Assembly (NCBI RefSeq): GCF_021028975.2
Contig: NC_059426.1
Span: forward strand, 51,832,001-51,896,000
Length of the DNA stretch: 64,000 nucleotides
Origin: Sphaerodactylus townsendi
Taxonomy: Eukaryota
Direction: 5' to 3'
Position numbers and translations under genes: made by a program. Position 1 is the stretch's first letter; each line of letters starts with the position of its first letter. Below the pieces are notes generated by a model. It was not told where the DNA came from, searched no databases, and saw only the letters and a list, made by a program, of their open reading frames with translations. Shown here piece after piece: positions 61,281-64,000 of this stretch.

Positions 61281-61395
61281 GCCCTGGCTTAGATAGTCCA
61301 GCCTAACCTGACCTTATGCGAAAACAAACAGGGTTGACCTTGGCAAGTATTTAGATAGGAGGCAATGGCAAAGTGCCTCTGAAGTCTCTTATCTT
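61281..61395 (+). mobile_element. Degenerate 5S-derived SINE
   Basis: aaacagggttgaccttggcaagtatttagatagg (5S-like) joined to aggcaatggcaaa. Confidence 0.5.
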
Positions 61396-61466
61396 ATGAT
61401 TTGCACTGTGCAGATTATACTAGGATGTGGTGCAAACCAAACCAAATGACCATACAGAAACAAAAA

Positions 61467-61957
61467 GGCCCTTTCTGCACAGACAATTTAAAATGTTTTG
61501 GGGCAGGAAATAAAATGTTTCCTCCAAGGAGTTCTGCATTGTTTTTCCTCCAAAATGTTTTATTTGCAGAGTCAAGGCATTTAAAAGCAATTCTTTTGGC
61601 TGTAACATTTTTAAAAGGCTTCATTTGTGTGCTTCTCCTTGAAGATGCCATATTATGAGTTCACTCCTTGCCTGAAGAAGCCCCTTGTCCTGTTTTTGGA
61701 GCATTTCAGAGCATTTTTGAGATTTGGGGGCCGGGCTTAATCTTCACAGCATCGACAACAGAAGACTCAGGGAACTGCAGCATACGACTGTGAAGGATAA
61801 CACACTGATTTGTCCATACACTGTGGAAAAAAACAGGGAAGAACTGAAAATGGTGGTCAGGAATCATTTCAAGAGGGTGTGTTCTATCAAAATGGGGAGA
61901 CTGAAAATGTTTTATGAACATTTTACAGACGTTTTGGAGATTTGTGCAGAAAGGGCC
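61467..61957. mobile_element. PIF/Harbinger-like non-autonomous element
   Basis: Perfect 15-bp TIR GGCCCTTTCTGCACA / TGTGCAGAAAGGGCC; 3-bp TSD AAA. Confidence 0.85.
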
Positions 61958-62425
61958 AAAGACTCCCCAGCCAAGGAACCTAAGTGTTAACTACTAGCAA
62001 GGAACCTAATCGGAATACTAAAGTACACTGTAAATTAAATACAGGTGAAACACAAATTACCTGTGAAGGAGCCCCATTGAATGACATGATGGGTGCTCTA
62101 GAACATGCCTCAAAATCCTCTGCAGGGTTCAGGAGTTCTGCTCTGAGCAAGTCAACCTTTCTCTGAAGATAGGAAGGTTGACAGTCACTGCTGCAGGAGA
62201 ACAAGAATACCACCCATGGGAACTACATTGATTGGACTTGGTAGAAACTAATTTCAGATTCCAAAATAGTTAGATGTTGATGCTGGACAAATGCCAGCCT
62301 TTTATTTCAAGCCTGTAAACTGAATGAATTTTCGTTTTTAAAAATGAAATGCAGAATCTTTGGAAAATACTAATTTGAAATGCAAAGCCTCATATAAAAC
62401 GTAATATCTTAGTTAAGGTTGTTAA

Positions 62426-62703
62426 AAAAGGCAAAGTTTTCCCTTCAGTCGTGTTCGACTCTGGGGTACAACTGCAAGCAGTGATTTTATAGGCAAGCTG
62501 TTTTTGTGGGGTAGTTTACCATTGCTTTCCCCGACTATTCTTTACTCCCTAGCTGTGAACTAGGTACTCATTTACCAACCAAGAAATGGATGGATGAGTT
62601 GACCATGAGCCAGCTGCCAGGATATCTGACCCACAGGGAGCTCGAACTCCTGACCATGTGAGTGGCAGTGCAAGCACTTAACCACTACGCCACGTGGCTC
62701 CTA
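62426..62703 (-). mobile_element. Sauria-type SINE (tRNA head, RTE/BovB-like tail)
   Basis: Minus-strand head gagccacgtggcgtagtggttaag and B box gagttcgagctc; central ggtactcatttacc; tail cagtcgtgttcgactc; 12-bp TSD TAAGGTTGTTAA. Confidence 0.8.
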
Positions 62704-62955
62704 TAAGGTTGTTAACTCCAGGTTAAAATATTCCTGGAGATTTAGGGGAGGAGCCTGGAGCTGGTGTCTTTTAGGGAGCGGCAGGACTGCTGGAAGGATA
62801 TGATACCATAGATTCATCCATAGATTAAAGCTACTTTCTTCAGGGGAGATTATCTCTGTAGTCTGAGTTGTAATCCTGGGAGGCTATAATTTTGTGTAAG
62901 ATCAGTTGTAATCCTGGGAGATCTTCAGTCCCCACCTAGAAATTAGTAATCCTAA
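62704..62955. mobile_element. hAT-like MITE (TAGGGTTGCCA family) whose left terminus was the SINE target site
   Basis: aactccagg...ttcctggagatt...tggagcc-like body...agatcagttgtaatcc...agtaatccta. Confidence 0.65.
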
Positions 62956-64000
62956 ACTTAGTCCGTGTGATGGACGAGCATAATATGGGAGAATGTTGGC
63001 TTCTCGTTGCTTCACAATGGTGTTTTGTATAGCCTTCAGAAATCTAAATTATGTTTACTGCTTTCTGGCAGTAACATAAATTTGTCAACATGATTTCAGT
63101 AGTGTGACATTTGTAGATGGTTATTTAAAATACCTTGCTGGGATGCATTCCTTTGATTGCCAGTCAGATGTACGGATCCAATATAGTGTGTATTATGGCA
63201 GAAGTTGCTGAAAGTTGTCATGGAACTGTCTATGAGCTGTGAAAGGTGTAAATTCTGTGACAAAGCAGCTTGGGCAATAAAACAGTGGATAAACATAACG
63301 TTGCTAAAAGATGGGCGTTTTAGTGAGACATTTGCAGAACAAATGCTTCTGTAGAATCCCACATTTGATAAGCTCTCCTCAGAAGGATACTGTTTGTTTT
63401 CCCCAGAATCAAACAAGGCCTGGATAGCATGCAGACATAATAGGACTGTGCAGCTGGAAATCTGCATCACAAATTATTTTCTTTTGACACTGCTAATTGA
63501 TTACAAGGTTTCATCCTTATCTAAATTGCTAAATTCAACAGTTTCCATGCTTTTTTGTCACACGGACAAAGTAAAAAATAAGTGTTAATTACTACATGAA
63601 GCAACAGAGGCAAGTTTCATTGTCTGGCTTGAGAAGAAATTATATGTAGGGCTGTAAATTGAAGCTGTGGCAATGTTAGCATTGGCAATGAGGACAGAGA
63701 TGGGAAGCCAGAAAATTCTGAATAACTGATTTCTTTTTTCTGGGAAATGAATAGTGTGTTCTGTCTTTTAAGGATGGGCAATAGCATATCTGGTATTGGT
63801 ATCCCCCCAAAACCACTTTATGATACCAAAAGAGACATACATGTTTGTCATTCATCAATTTGCTTTATGCATTGAACAGCAGTTCTGTTCACTGTGGCTT
63901 CATTTGTTATTCCACAGCAAGCATGTTGGCTTGGATCCAGTGGCACCTTTTGCAGACAGAAGGTATTTCCATCTCCTAGGCATAACTTTCCACTTCGCTA

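Overview
Vertebrate genomic DNA, most likely a squamate reptile and probably a gecko. This is inferred from the repeat complement: tRNA/MIR-like SINEs of Squam3 type, a Sauria-type SINE, 5S-derived SINEs, CR1, L2, RTE, Penelope-like elements, hAT and PIF/Harbinger MITEs, and a chromodomain Gypsy relic. I can support no host protein-coding exon. The only recognisable protein-coding sequence is broken transposon ORFs: CR1 reverse transcriptase at 6.1-7.3 kb, Gypsy integrase-chromodomain at 1.2-1.9 kb, and L2 and RTE fragments. The window looks like the 5' regulatory and first-intron region of a large + strand gene with alternative promoters: a GC-rich promoter and first exon at about 9.8-10.43 kb (donor AG|GTAAGA), a CpG-island promoter and first exon at about 53.7-54.43 kb (three CCAAT boxes, CRE, YY1, E-box; donor AAG|GTAAGT), and possibly a third at about 59.1 kb. 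The gene could not be named. The most notable details are minimal hammerhead-ribozyme motifs in palindromic Penelope-derived inserts (32.1, 46.2, 46.7 kb), a candidate recursive splice site (polyY-CAG|GTAAGT at 61265), a templated patchwork insertion at 33.1 kb and several nested insertions with target-site duplications (TSDs). I found no convincing evidence of a wholly undescribed system; the best leads are known element classes in possibly functional contexts. All alignments and translations were done by eye.
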